Shown: positions 23,283 to 36,660, counted from the whole stretch's first letter. The stretch is 57,530 nucleotides of DNA, filler included, from Sphacelaria rigidula (GCA_964200075.2; 8 parts of 8 records of this genome joined end to end with filler, not necessarily neighbours in it), one strand, 5' to 3'. Numbers and translations are program-made. The notes: a model not told the origin generated them from the sequence alone.

Positions 23283-25778
23283 CTGCAGTCGCGGGACGGG
23301 TGGCAACGGCCAAATCATACGACAGCACGCGGCAGCGCGGGAGCGCAGCATGAAGTACAGCAGCGGACAAGCGGCGACCAGCGTACGAAATGGCTGTACT
23401 GTAGAGAGATCTAACGCATCCGAAGGCAAAGACCAGGACTCACGACAAAAATACAACGCGCGCGAATGACAAGTGACATCAAAAGCAGAACATCGGATGC
23501 ACAGCGTACAGTACAGTGGGTACCCTCACTCTCCAACAAGGCATCTTGGCTGCCGTGTATGTACTTTAAAGCTGTACACCTCCCACAAGAAAAAGAGGAG
23601 TTGTTGCAACAAGCATACCACACAGCGCATGGCATGCTTCAGGACGTCCGTCCGATAGTCCATGCATTCTCAAGCAGCTCGACGGTGTGCTTTCGACACA
23701 TTCGCGCTGAAATCCCACATAAGATATGCCACTGGATAGATGCGACATGCGCGGTGCGGGGAACGTTGGACGCGGGTGACACAAGGGTGGTGCCAAGGTC
23801 CCCCAAGCGGCTTGCTACAGTAGAGTGGTGGCTGTGATTGTAGTGGTCTGAAAGGAGTTTGGACTGCTCAATGCGGAGATCAAGCCAGATGCCATGCACA
23901 TGCGATCAGTATCCAGCTCCCAAGAGACCGCCCGCACCGCACATCAAAGCGGCAGGCCAATGGTATGAGCCGAGTGCGAGTTCATTCCCCCTCGTACAAA
24001 TAGCAAATAAGCAAACATTCCCATCAAACGCACGCGCCGCATCAGTGCTGCGTTTGCACGCCTCAAATTGTGTAGCTCCTCAACTCACTGCTCGACTATC
24101 GCTGCACATCCGGTTGCTCAGAGCGGAGGCGGTGGAAGCTATGCTCTAGGGGCATGCTATGAGTACGCTTGGCCTGAGAGGAATTTTGACGGCCTGCGTA
24201 TTTGCCCGCCACATGTTTCTACTGCGAACAGTTGGCTAGCGCAGTAACGATCGCAGCAGACACAAGGCTCTGTCATGCAGAGGGGAGCTCAAGATACCCA
24301 AATGCGAGTGTATCGAAACGTACAGTACATCGGCAAGGGTCAACTGAACGCATTCCTCGGAGAGCATCAAGTTCGGGCGATTCGCCGCACAACGGCTCCA
24401 GGAGGCTGGCCCTTCTTCGAAATCCTGGGGGAATACCTCGAGGAGAACTTGCATGCCCTACTCGTAGGTGGGTTTAGGAGAGGACGAACCAAAATAATGT
24501 GGTTCGTCTGCGGTGCCGAGGTCAAAACCTCGCAAGCTCGAGTCACTGCCGCTAAGAGCGTGGGCAAATGACATCCGAGGATCATCGAGGGGGGGGGGGG
24601 GGGGGAGTGGGGGGAGGTGTGGCGACGCCATAATAAGACCTCTGTCAATCCGATCTACCGCGCAAAGAGACCGTTGTGTCGAGAGACGCCACTAACGCCG
24701 TCACAGCAGCTCTCACAACAACGCCAGCAACAACTCGCGAGGAATCCTAATGTAAACGGTTGAGCTAGTAGCCCATCATGTCCCTAACTAGAGATGGGTG
24801 GGGGACGACGACGACGACGACAACTGATACCACCATGTTACCAGATCGGTTGTCGAATCATTCCCCTGGCGTGTGTCCCTTGTGCAGCTCTTTGCCCTGC
24901 TTGTGTTCCACCTCGCTTCTGTACTTTTCCTTATTATGTGGTTACCTTCGTTTTTTCCCTTTCCTGTTTTCCATCTTTGTCCAAACCTTGAAAGAGTGTG
25001 TTTGTCGCGCTCCTACGGAACAGCAGGCGAGAGCTCCTGCTCGAATACTTCGGCCCCTAGACAGGTAAAGTCGCAGCCTGCCTCTACGGCAGTGCCTATT
25101 ATGAGACCTTCTTACCTAAACCCTTGACGGGGACCTGCCTGTCTGTTGAGATTCTCATCAAATACTTCCGTCTGCTCTTAGCTTTTTTATATATATATAT
25201 ATTGAGTCCCTTGTCGTTTTTCTCGCTCTCACATTTTTTTTAATTATTCCCCTCCTGTCTAGTTTTCCTTCAGCGAGCATTTCCGGTTATTACGCTTGAG
25301 TACGCCTATCTTGCGACGACGGCTGAATTCCAAGCATAACACATAATGTGAGGAAACCAATCAACTGATTAGTCAATCGATCAACCATTCATTCACTCGC
25401 AAGGCCATCGCTTGCGGCAATACGTACCATCGATCAAGATTTGATTCAATGGGTTGTCACACATTAACTGATTCCCTATAACAGTCATAATCCATCCCTG
25501 GTCATCATCCAGAAGATAGACATACCCATGGTGGAACAAAACGGAAACGCTCGCTAAAAAAAGAGAAAGGTGGGGGGGAAAAAACGAACATATACTGTAG
25601 AGAAGAAGCGAACAGGGCAAATTGAAAGACAAGGAACAAAGACGAACGAAACACAAGAATGAATCGCGCAGAAGAAGGGAAGAGGAAAAGATCGGAGAAG
25701 AACTAGCAAAAAAAAAGGTAATGATAATAGTACTTATGATAATAGTACTGATAATAATAGCAATACTAACAACAACAA

Positions 25779-25829
<51 letters not shown>

Positions 25830-27978
25830 ACACGTGGACAAATAGCACCCTGTACGACGAGCTGCACAGGGTTCTCCACAGTCTTTGTGAAAACCCCTGT
25901 GTAGCATTTGCAAACCCTAGTACCTGTAAAAGCATTTTGCAAAGCGTTTTTGTCGAAACCCTGCAAGCAACCCTGTGGAGAGGCCTTCCCAATTTGGAAA
26001 ATTCCAAATTGTTTTGGTACCAAATCTGTGAAAATATATTTTTGGAATAGGTTCTCCTGCTGTCCCAGATAAATTTCTTTTTGCCCGATTCAAATCGGGC
26101 AAAGAAAAATTTATCTCGGACAGCAGGATAACCTATTCAAAACAGATCCTTTTTTTGCCCAATAGATCTATTTCGAACAGCTTCTTCTGCTGCGCGAATC
26201 CCATGCACACTGGCAGATTTGGAATTTGAACAGCAGAAGAAGCTCGAAATAAATCCTCACTTTTCCCTCCAATTCATCCGGAAATTGGGCAAGAAGATAT
26301 TTACTGCGAACAGCTTCAGCTGGGCAGATCCCGCATACTGCACCGTTATCAGCATATGGGACCCGACAAGCAGAAAAATTGTTGAAAGTAGTTAATCCTT
26401 TTGCCCCCCGGTCCATGCACATGGGCTAAAGGATGAATAATTCTCGACAGCTTTTGCTGAATGGAGATCCGACACACTGATTACGATCGAGTGTATGTCC
26501 ACACGCCTACGAGTTTAGATACGACACTTCCGCTCAAAACGTGGAAAATGGGACGACCGTATATACCTCGCATATGACTGCACACTGCTTTTGAAAATCC
26601 CATGGTCCGCAGTCTACCAAAATCACTCAACCGAGTATGCTTTTCTTTCGGGAGGTTTTTGTTTGATATTTATTAGAAGCACAATATAATTTTCTTCAAA
26701 CAATAAGTCAGGTAGCTTAATAGGCAACCTGACGCACTACCGAGCACAGAATCGAAAGTTCATTTCTCATCGTTGTCACTTCTCGACCGTTTTTTTCTGC
26801 TAGTACCATGCCCATGCTGTACGGAGTATATTGTATGCGTGCTATAAAGGCTGCACAGCATATTAACAGCGATGAATTCTACACAGAGTGACGAAACCCT
26901 GTGAAGCGCCCTATGTGGCACAAAATAATACCCTACAATCAAATCCCCGCGAGAAACCCTGCACAGTTCCCCTGAACCCTGTGAAGCGTCCTATAGGGCG
27001 CAAAAAAAAAGCTACAGCCATATCCCCGCGAGAAACACTGCACAGTTTCCCTGAACCCTGTAGACGTGCCCCACAGGGTGCTATTTGTCCACGTGTGTAC
27101 TACTACTACTGATAATAATAACGGACCCACTATTATACTACAGACATCTCCCTCGACCTCCGCTCGCGCCTTGAATCCCCATGGCGTAAAGCGCTGAACC
27201 TAAATGGCAGCACTACAACAGTAACTCGTTTTTATTATCTTGCCTGCCGTTCACTGCGCCACGCAGGGTAGGATATGTCTATATCTCTACTTTCTCGTGG
27301 GCACTCGCCTGAAGGGTTATGTCGGCGCCAAGCTGCAAAGGTTTGACCATCAAGGGAGTCGCCATCGTGGAGTCGCAGACGTGAAGGATACCCGCCGCCC
27401 GTGACACCGCGCTCACCTCCTGAACTTTGTCGAGTGTTCAAGATCGCCACACGTAACGAGTCAAAGGACCGTTCCGTCAGCTGCAAACGATAGTGCGCAG
27501 TCATGGTGTTTCGAGGAGCTGCCACGGGGCACACGCAACAAAGGCCTACCATGCTGACACGTGTAAATAGCGGAGCCCACCCGACTCGAGAGCAGGCCCA
27601 CTTAACCCGAAAGCGAGCACGCGCTACAATCATACAGAAAAAAGCAACAATAAGTTATGGGGGAGAGGCGTTAACGAAACGTGAATACTGACGAAACACT
27701 GCACAGTATATAGTCATCATTTACCGTAGTGAACACAGAAATTGCTCATCTTCGAGAGTTAGAGTGCCAAGGTTATACCTTTATGTCGGTAAGTGTGAGG
27801 ACGGGATTTGCTGGCGTCTCACTAAAGATGAGTTTGGTGTTGGGTCGAATGGCTGCCTTCACCACCTGTGCGTCGCGAAAGTCGACGAAACTGAACGAAA
27901 TACCTAGGCCTGAAAGCATTACACGGGCCGCTCGATTTGTCCCTCCGTACATGCAGTCTGCCATCACACAATGGTCAC
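23164..27978 (-). CDS. Cys/Met metabolism PLP-dependent enzyme (cystathionine/methionine gamma-lyase family), three internal exons
   Basis: Exons 27978-27779, 27419-27309 and 23282-23164 splice in frame to GDHCVMADCMYGGTNR...IFSETPANPVLTLTDIK-EVSAVSRAAGILHVCDSTMATPLMVKPLQLGADITLQ-SLTKFYDGHNVTLGG. This includes YGGT, ETPANP, DST and the PLP-lysine SxTK motif. Confidence 0.93.
23990..24700 (+). mobile_element. RTE-clade LINE remnant (intronic)
   Basis: LSLHIRLLRAEAVEAML and WFVCGAEVK...VTAAKSVGK are homologous to 7592-8300. Confidence 0.8.
25781..25828. repeat. (CTA)n microsatellite, continuing at 27098-27110
   Basis: Direct observation. The array is split by the 25829-27097 element. Confidence 0.9.
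25829..27097. mobile_element. Non-autonomous CAC-terminated DNA transposon (CMC/EnSpm-like)
   Basis: Perfect 25-bp TIR CACACGTGGACAAATAGCACCCTGT, TA on both flanks, and reiterated subterminal (A)ACCCTG motifs at both ends. Confidence 0.88.
27309..27419 (-). CDS. gamma-lyase exon with GC donor
   Basis: cag|EVSAVSRAAGILHVCDSTMATPLMVKPLQLGADITLQ|gcgagt. This frame is absent from the ORF track. Confidence 0.9.
27779..27978 (-). CDS. gamma-lyase exon
   Basis: cag|(G)DHCVMADCMYGGTNRAARVMLSGLG...ETPANPVLTLTDIK|gtataa. Confidence 0.93.
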
Positions 27979-28684
27979 CTGCGCAAGGGTCAACGCAAGA
28001 AGAGGAAAATAGGCTTAACGGGTTGTTGTTGCTGCTGCTCCTGCTGCTGCTTCTGCCACCAGATAGTAGATGCCTACAATACTCGTGGGTACAGTCTATT
28101 CTGAAACTCGAGTCAAAACTCGATTTTTAAGCCATTTAAAAAACATGTCATCGCGGACTTCAACCAAGGTGTTCGGTTGGCAAGTGTTTCCATATAAACC
28201 GTCTAACCCTGTTGCAATACAACATCACGTGGAATGATCCCAAAACAGATGGGCGTTCGCCTTAGTGATGTAGGATGCGATGTAGTACGAGTCTCCCAGA
28301 ACACCATGAAGCTGGCCCGCGCCGGTGGGTTGGTAAACAGCAAAAACAGCGATATACTCAACCCTCCCTCCTCCCCACGTTACCTCATTCCCCCGCCCCA
28401 ATATATCGACTATGAATGTAGTTAAAGTGCGACAGTCAATCAATCGATCAATCAAAATCAATCAAATGTGCTCCGACTTTTACCCAGGTAACAAATTGCC
28501 AACGTTTCCACAATCGGTCATGCTACAGTAGCTGCGTGGTGTCGTTGCCCTCAGAAGCGCGGGTTCAGGTGTGCAGCATTCGGCGTCAGAAACTGAAATT
28601 TTTGTACGATCATCCAAGATCATTTCTTGTGGGAACGAAAAAGTCGGGGGGGGGGGGTTCGTTGCCCTTAAGTGTTTCCGTCGT

Positions 28685-28715
<31 letters not shown>

Positions 28716-29259
28716 CTNNNNNNNNNNNNNNNNNNNNNNNNNNNNNNNNNNNNNNNNNNNNTTAATTAATTAANNNNNNNNNNNNNNNNNNNNNNNNNNN
28801 NNNNNNNNNNNNNNNNNTTCCTGATCGTACTTTCGACGCTCGATTTCCCGGTAACATTGTTGGCTGTGCCGACAGAATATTGCACCATTGTACGAGATAA
28901 GCGTTGTGTCCATTAATGCAGGCACAACCCGCCGCAGAGAGCCTCGAAAAGCCTACTCTCAATCGCACCATCCACTCTCAATCTCACGAAACTACTGTTT
29001 GATGTACCGGTTCAGAGGGGGTGTTCATGTGAACAGGTATACTGAGTGAACATGCACACGTGCAGATAGAATGATGCGGACGTGCGGGTACTGGTAGTCG
29101 AGTGTGTGTGACTACGGTATCCCGCTCATGGCAGCTACCGAGCTGCCATGAGCCCTCACTCTCAACATCTGATCCCTCAGTCCTAGGGTCGACTCAGTCT
29201 AGGCACTCTCCAATAATACAAAATATAAAACTATCTATCCTTCGCCACGGGCCACGGAA

Positions 29260-29650
29260 TATAACATACGGCAAATGAATGGATACCTGAAGAGTAGTAC
29301 AGTCATGTGTCAACGAAGAGGATTTATTTGATGCCGGAATTGGAGCCGAGACTAAGTTTTCGGTCACATGTGCACGGAAGTGTCGTGCCCCTACGGAATG
29401 AACTGCATTGGTGTGGCGGGGGAGAGCGTAGGGGAGACATGTCGTATCCGCGCGTCGGCTTAGGTTCTTGTGGAGGCTGGTGCGACTGCGCTCAGCGCAA
29501 TCTCCAGATGGGAGCCAACGGTGGGATACGTGAGGAGTCACACTGTTTTTGAACGGGTGATTCATGAGGTTTTCCCTCCCCCTCCCCCCCCCAAGCTGGG
29601 TTGGGGGCGGGAGTGCATGATGGGACAAAATTCGAAAGCAACTGCACGGA
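29260..29650 (+). repeat. Dispersed repeat, probable terminal repeat of a tyrosine-recombinase retroelement
   Basis: 29260-29577 is a close reverse complement of 46253-46565. 29475-29650 is directly repeated at 30713-30882. Confidence 0.7.
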
Positions 29651-29669
29651 AGGCTCGATTCTGTGTTCA

Positions 29670-29767
29670 CCCTTAGACCGCGAGGTTAGCCTTCTGTTGA
29701 ATCGGCATCATTTTCAAGTGAAAAAAAATATGCATGATCCGGAAAGACTAGTCTCGCGGTCTAAGGG
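29670..29767. mobile_element. piggyBac-like MITE (98 bp)
   Basis: TTCA|CCCTTAGACCGCGAG ... CTCGCGGTCTAAGGG|TTAA, a perfect 15-bp TIR. Confidence 0.88.
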
Positions 29768-32700
29768 TTAAGGAAGAATCGATGTTTTGTGCAGAAGCGG
29801 GAAGAATTTTCCCAGATGTTTATGGTGGTTGCAGTATCTAGAAGCCATTTCAGAACACATTGACATGCAAGATTGCCCGTGTTATGAACCAGGTATCAGT
29901 TCAGGGTGGGAGAAGCAGTAAGGTACAAGGGCAAGTGCATCCACGATGAAGTGACAATAATGGTGTCTGGGTTGAAGTCGAGGTTTATGAGATCCAGCAA
30001 ACGGGTGTGGTGCGACTATCAGTTGGTGACAGCATCCCGAATCGATGTTGTCTGAGATTTTTCCCGCCCACCCCTCCCTTTGACGTTTTATCAGATTGGA
30101 TTGGGTGTGACGATTATCGGATTGAGTTTGCGGCGCATGGCGCCACTGTCGAGGGTTTTTTCCTGGGAATTGGGTTTTGGCTGACAGAGATTTTTCCGAG
30201 GGCTGGGCTTTCCCGAGGCAGAGTTGAGAGTGTGATGCTATTTTCCGAACATCTTTTCTGACCACCCGCCCGATTCTTTCGACGGAGGAAGTGGCGCAGA
30301 AGACCGTGTTCGACGGCATGGTCCAGCAGGCTTGTGATATTTGATAAGTAAGGCCTGCCCCCTGCCGTGGACTGCCCGTTTTCCTTTATTCTGTGAAGCG
30401 GACACGGAGGGGATCGTGGGCACGCGATCGTGGGGGAATTCATCCGATTTTTAGTCGCAGGCGCGGTCCCAGCGCTATACGCGTAGCGAGACCGGAGCAG
30501 GCCGTGGGTTGACGGAACCATCCTACCCCTTCGTTTGCCGGCACACGTTGTCGCCGGTGTTCCAGTGGGGTAAAGTGTGGGATGCGTGTGTACTTTTTTC
30601 CTTTGTATGGTACACGTCGGTGGGGTTCTTGTCGGCAGGACGTCGGCTAGCGGTGTGTGTACACCACAAAATGGGTGCACACGCAGGCTGGTGGGGAGAT
30701 TTGCGTTGATGTGAGGCTGGTGCGACTCCAGATGGGAGCCAACGGTTGGATATACGTGAGGGGTCACACTGATTTTGAACGGGTGATTCATGAGGTTTTC
30801 CCTACCCCCCCCCCCCCCAGCTGGGTTGGGAGCGGGAGTGCATTATGTGACAAAATTCGAAAGCAATAACTGCACAAAAAGGATAAGTCGTGACAATTGA
30901 TATCAAAAAGTAGTGCGTCATTACAAGTGTGCACCTTCTTTCAAGTACGTAGTGCGCGTTGTGTTTATGTTGGTGCAAAACACAATCGAGAAGACACGAC
31001 CTGAAAAAAGTGGCCATGTATCGATATTATCCATGGGAGTTGAGCGTTGGGTCAACGGAAGAAACCAAGGGGTGGCTCGAGAAAAGTTCTCGAAAGCCCA
31101 AGGGAAGCTGAGCAATAATGGTGTGCGTATGATCTTGTAATACTCGAAGCACTAGAAATTTGCATCCAAAACGTTCTCCTATCTCACCCTGTCTCCAACC
31201 CGTGCGTGTGGACGCTAAATCGACGAAAGCTAGCAAGCTGGATCAGTCACTGCGTCCGAGGCTGCAAGATCCGTCTCTTCGCGCTGTTCTCTGAACATGC
31301 CGGAGCTGCAAAATCTGACAACTATTCGGTGCAGTAAAAGTTTTGAACTCAATGACCGCCGGGGCGGTTACCGTTGAGTCGATGACATTTCCACTCAAAA
31401 GGATGATCGGGAGACCCAGACCACCCGCGCCGTGGTCAAAGGGTTCAAACAGAAGGGGCGCGTTTGTATCGGACCACAAGGAGCGGCATTTAGGGTCTGC
31501 CCTATCAAGGATCAAGGAGCATTCAACAAGGATGGGACATATTCCGTAGTGGTACACCCGCGAGGTGCCTCATGCATGTGGAAACCGCATAAGTTATTGT
31601 TTGCTGATGTTACGAGACACTATCATTTCATGATTCGTTTCATCACAAAAGTCCGCGCGGATGATGATGTAAACAGTTGTAGAGCATTCATTCCCGACCG
31701 TGGGGTTACCCCGGAACCCCGAAACGTGCCCCGCCAGACCCCCATGCACTGAACCCAACGTAGCCCCACAGACCAGCACCGCGTCGTTGTCCATAAAGAA
31801 TTTCCTAACCCCTAAACCGATGCCTTGATCCTTCGATCGCCAGGAGGGTAGGTCATATTATTTTTATTAGGCATGGTTTTCACGTCGGAAGTGAAGGTAA
31901 TACCCAGACGACTTAACCCTGCCGACCGAAGGGTTCGTCTTCACTCCACGACCATTTGGTACGTATGCTGCTCTCACTTGTTTGGCTGTTGATTTACTAG
32001 TATTAAGTAATATTTTATTTAGTGGGCCGTAAACGAATGCTCTAAAGAAGAAATTGAATCCCTGCCTGCCATATGGGAACAACATGATGGAAGCCGCCGC
32101 TCAGTACACCTAAAGCTTCGGTCGTATATCTATGGTTGGCAGCATGACGACTTGATTTTAGAGTAGAGGAAAATTATGGTTCGGAGCAGGTGAGCAGTGG
32201 ACCAGTTCGTTACAACGTGTTCTTGTCGAAATCGGCGCCTGCAGCGTCGATTTGAGGTCTGCCAACGGAGACTTTGCCTAGAAGAACCTCTGCACCCCCT
32301 CCGCCCGAGGGCCTCGTACACCTTGGGTCGGGGTTAGGGCTAGGATTAGCGTTATTGTTAGTTTACTCCAAAAAATCAACCATATATCTACGCCCAAGAC
32401 TTGAGGTCGCCTCAAAACGCTACGGTATGTGCTGGGCTGATCACAAAGAATACAGTGGCGGAATGGATTCCACTCTCACCGCGGACCATCATCCAAGCGT
32501 CGTTTCGACTTGTGCATGTCTGCTCTGTGCGTGCACTGCTACCTTCTCTTGACTAGCTTGGCACAGACTTCCGTTCACCAGCCCCATACGTTGGTTGTTG
32601 GGTGAAACTGGGGATTCCCTCGGCGATCCGTGCGGGTTTTCAGACCTGCACCAAACTATACATGAATTACCCCGACATACATACAGTATAGGAGAAAACG

Positions 32701-32928
32701 CGGAGACATGGAATGTGTATATTCCGCACAGCACCGGCTAAATTATTTTATATCAGATCGGCTTCAGTCGTGTCCCCCCCTCCCCCACCCCCCCACCCCA
32801 TCCCACACCACAACCCCTCCCACTCTCGTTCACCAGACCATCTGCTCTCCTTTTGTCGAAGTGTACCACAACTATTGCATCCCTTCTATTCCGCCAAGCA
32901 GTGCCATTTCTTGAGAGCAAGGGCAATC

Positions 32929-33013
32929 ATGAAGATCAGAGACAAGACAGCGACCTTCTTTCTGCTGGTGCTGGGAATGGCATCGGCATCCACCGTTGCA
33001 GTTGAACTTGGAA
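32929..33013 (+). CDS. Candidate first exon encoding a signal peptide
   Basis: MKIRDKTATFFLLVLGMASASTVAVELG followed by a strong donor A|GTGAGT. No downstream exon identified. Confidence 0.35.
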
Positions 33014-34575
33014 GTGAGTGAGAAATGTGCGGTAGGATTCGTTCCGAGCGGTGGCGATGTCATGGCGTATCTCGTTGTGTCCAGAGTACGAGTGTGTTAA
33101 ATTCTGCGAAGGAGTACAAAAGATTGCATTTAATTGACGTCGCCCGGGCTTGCACTGCGTCTGCTTTCTGGTATTAGCATCGAGTATAGTTGTGTGTTGC
33201 TTACATACAGAGCTGTAGAGCGAGCGACTGACGGAGTGTTCGTTCGGGTGTCACGTGACGACTTGGTTGCCAAGGTCTGGAGCTCTTTTACCTGTACCAA
33301 ATTAATTACCCAGAAAAACCGCTGGATTGTAGATAATATCTTGAGTACATTGGTGTGAAAAATACCTGGATCGCAAGCTCACGTAGGAGTGCTAGCGGTG
33401 GTGCTGTTGGCACTCCACGGATGATACGGGCTTGAGCATCGTGGTATGTTAGACGATCGAATATATTTACTCGTTCCAGGTGCCCACCGTTCAAATACCC
33501 TTGAACGGCGAGGGTAGCCCATCTGGAGAATCAATACTTTTTTCAAGTGAAATTGATGTTAGTTCAACAGGTGACGTACTCTCGCTGTCCAATCGTCGTT
33601 GACGGAGTCTGGTCGCCAATGGATCATGAACGATTCGAGTACTACACTACACTGTGCAAGTGTAGTATATATGTAAGTACGTGTAGTCGACCTGCAAAGC
33701 TGCTCGTGCTGACCCACAGCGTCTAGGTTCTAGTAAGCATACTCCATACTCACTGCCGGACACAAGTGCATTGCCTTGGCCGTTCACCGAAGTATTGATA
33801 GCATGAGGAAAAAACTGATCTGCATTACAATGGCGTACGCACATATAGGTGATTTGTTATGTATTCAATCAGCTTCTCCATTGCTGTCAACATCGTTGGA
33901 TACTTCACGACCCATCCCAAACACTCATCTCCCATTGGTAGAAAGCTGTCCAGCTTACCCTCCATGAAGGCACACTGTGTCCCCGAGGTCTTCCTGACAT
34001 CTGGAGGTATTATCTGATCTACCAGTCTGCACATGTCTAGCATGAGATCGTCGTTGATGGGGAATTACTTGACTAAATTGGCGGCTGGAGGCATCAAGTA
34101 AATAAATGCTGAATGCCGGTACAAAAACAGTACTTGAGAAGTGCGCAGCGCAGCAAGATGTGATCGATTCGAAAGCTGAGTACACGTCATGCATGGGTCT
34201 TTCCTGTATTGCTGCTGCTCATTCCTCCTGTGATGACACCATGCTACGGTATGCATATGCATGCCTCGTGCCTACGTGAAGAGCAAGGCACTGGTGTGCC
34301 CATCTCGGGTCCACGAATGTCACGATAGTGGGTGGAGCCAGTGCTAGGAGTATATGAGATGTTCGTGTTTGACTTCTTCTGCCCAGGGTGCACAGCGCTC
34401 GATGCACTATACTACCCGCCATCTTCTGCAACTTTGATCTTCCTTGTCATGTATTCGGCTGCGTCGCAAACCTCAAATAATGTTCCACTGAGGGAAACGG
34501 GACATGTGCCCGGCCCAACGGATACCGAACTGTCACATTTGGAGCCCCGGTTCGGTAGGGTCGACCGTACGGTAC

Positions 34576-34774
34576 TGTAATACGTGAGAAGACCGCGTGC
34601 TTAGAGGACCGCATCGGAATTTGAACATCCTCATCGTGAGGGTTAGCGTTAGGGTTGTGGTCAGGGGCGTGGTACCTGCAGGGACTGGCCCGATTTGTTT
34701 AGGAAAACATCGATCCTGAGGTGTTTTGAAGTACGGCGCGGTCCTCTAAGCACGCGGTCCTTTCACGCATTACA
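34576..34774. mobile_element. TGT...ACA MITE, second full copy
   Basis: Same TIRs as 945-1156. TSD GTAC at 34572-34575 and 34775-34778. Confidence 0.88.
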
Positions 34775-35169
34775 GTACACCTCACGTGGGAGTTCGAAAC
34801 TTGCCGATACAACAGTACATGCTACGACCTGGGCCGGCCACGGCTCCGTCGCCGCCATTTACAGGTCATGCGCGGCGTAATGTTTCAAATTTCGGTGTGA
34901 AATTTTCACAGCAGAGAAAACAACACATACATGCGGCCAGCGTCCCCCGCGATCAGTAAAGGCTATGCTTGATCCCAACTCCAGGCGACGCAAGTTGTTA
35001 TGCTTTTTTCAGCTCCCTCAAAGTAATGGGGGGGGGAAGAGCACTTCGCCGATCCCTGGGAGGGGTTAGACCCATCTGTTGTGTTGTTTCTCTGCTGTCG
35101 ATCTCCCCCCGAAAATCGAGGCCATGCACCGCGAATCGACGTTTTCGCGTGATGATGATGCCAGCCGAA

Positions 35170-35250
35170 TTCTCCAGTGCTCTAGTGGTCAGACTGTCAC
35201 AATTAGGCAGGGTCGAGAGAGAACGTGGGTTCGATTCCCGCCAGACGCGG
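35170..35250 (+). mobile_element. tRNA-derived SINE-like head
   Basis: GTGCTCTAGTGGTCA (A-box-like)...GGGTTCGATTCCCGCCAGACGCG (B box). No complete cloverleaf. Confidence 0.55.
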
Positions 35251-35827
35251 TATATTTTGAAATATATTAATCGACCGCTGAAAGTGCGAGGGCGTGAGGA
35301 GAGATGGGCTGATCCCTTGAGACCACAGACTCGTCCCCAGGAAGGGGAGGAGTTTGATTTCTGACGAAAAAATGGGCCGTTTGCCGAAAAGATATTGTTC
35401 CCGACAAGAAGAGACGTGGCAGCAGAAAGGGGTCCTTCATTCAGTACAGAAAGTGTAATGCACCTAGTGGGAGTGTGGGACTCGCGCATGCGGGTACGGC
35501 CGACCCAGAGTAGCAACCTCATGTTAAGCACACGAGTGATGCTGCGATACCCCCTCTAAATGGTTTGTTTGAGGAGGTGAAATCTACATACGAATCTGAG
35601 TGAGGGAGGCTGAGCACACATGGCTTCGTGACAGTTTTGGGGCTGATGGGGAGGGGGCCATCGCGGTATACTCAAACGCCGAGATGTTTCATTTGTCCCG
35701 TCATTGCCGTCATACGTGATGAAATCGCGCCAGCACTTATTACGTAGGTCCGCCTGGTGAATATTTGGGTGCGTGCGGTACTTGCCGTATTAAAATATTG
35801 GCACTCGATTCTGGTCCCGTAACATTC

Positions 35828-35866
<39 letters not shown>

Positions 35867-36045
35867 CCCCCCCGGGGGGCGGGGCGTGCTCCCTTCCTCC
35901 CCCCTCCCCCCCCCCCCCCCCNNNNNNNNNNNNNNNNNNNNNNNNNNNNNNNNNNNNNNNNNNNNTTAATTAATTAANNNNNNNNNNNNNNNNNNNNNNN
36001 NNNNNNNNNNNNNNNNNNNNNAGATAAATGTTGGATTGGGTTACC

Positions 36046-36077
<32 letters not shown>

Positions 36078-36308
36078 ATCGCGGGATTTGTAAGATTGTA
36101 CAAGTTCTGTCATGTCGCGTATTTCACGATACGGACGTTATTCCGTCAAACATGTAACAACGGGACGTCCATGATTCCAACGTCGCGTGCACACTGTCGT
36201 GCCCCGATAGACTACGCAGACATGGGAGGTCCTGTACTGCACTACATATAATGAGCTCATCATATGGCGTTGGGCCCATATCACCACCAAGCTGGGGGGG
36301 GGGGGAGA

Positions 36309-36660
36309 TGTCAATACCAGGTACCCCCATGTTCCACCGTACCTACCTACATCTCTGTACCCCGCATGACATGTGTCATGCTAATGTAGGCCGTGGCCCA
36401 ATCAGATTGACGTGATGTCAGCTGGTGGAAGTCATGTGGACTGGGGTCGTGTTCCCCAGCCCACGTCTGTCACTTCTGTCCGTAACCCACATGATACAGG
36501 ACGAAGTAAGAGATGTATGCTTTTGACTCCGCACAGCGCTGTCGAGAGCGTAGATGCCGTGGTGAGTTGTACGCAAAGTCAAGCCAATATATCTAGCCGA
36601 ATCCCAACATGATATCCAATTTGGTCCCCGGGAGGGGTGGTGAACACGAAAACGGTGACA
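36309..36660 (+). mobile_element. Probable 3' LTR of an LTR retrotransposon
   Basis: TGTCA...TGACA termini (352 bp), immediately preceded by a G-run plus AGA polypurine tract. Confidence 0.6.

Noticed and set aside
25393-26050. 204-aa and 142-aa ORFs with poly-Ser or poly-Leu
   Set aside because: Artefacts of the (CTA)n microsatellite and the transposon end.
15148-27978. Metabolic cluster of the inositol dehydrogenase and the gamma-lyase
   Set aside because: The genes lie on different scaffolds separated by a linker.
35170-35250. Functional tRNA gene
   Set aside because: A B box is present but there is no acceptor stem or cloverleaf. Treated as a SINE-like head.
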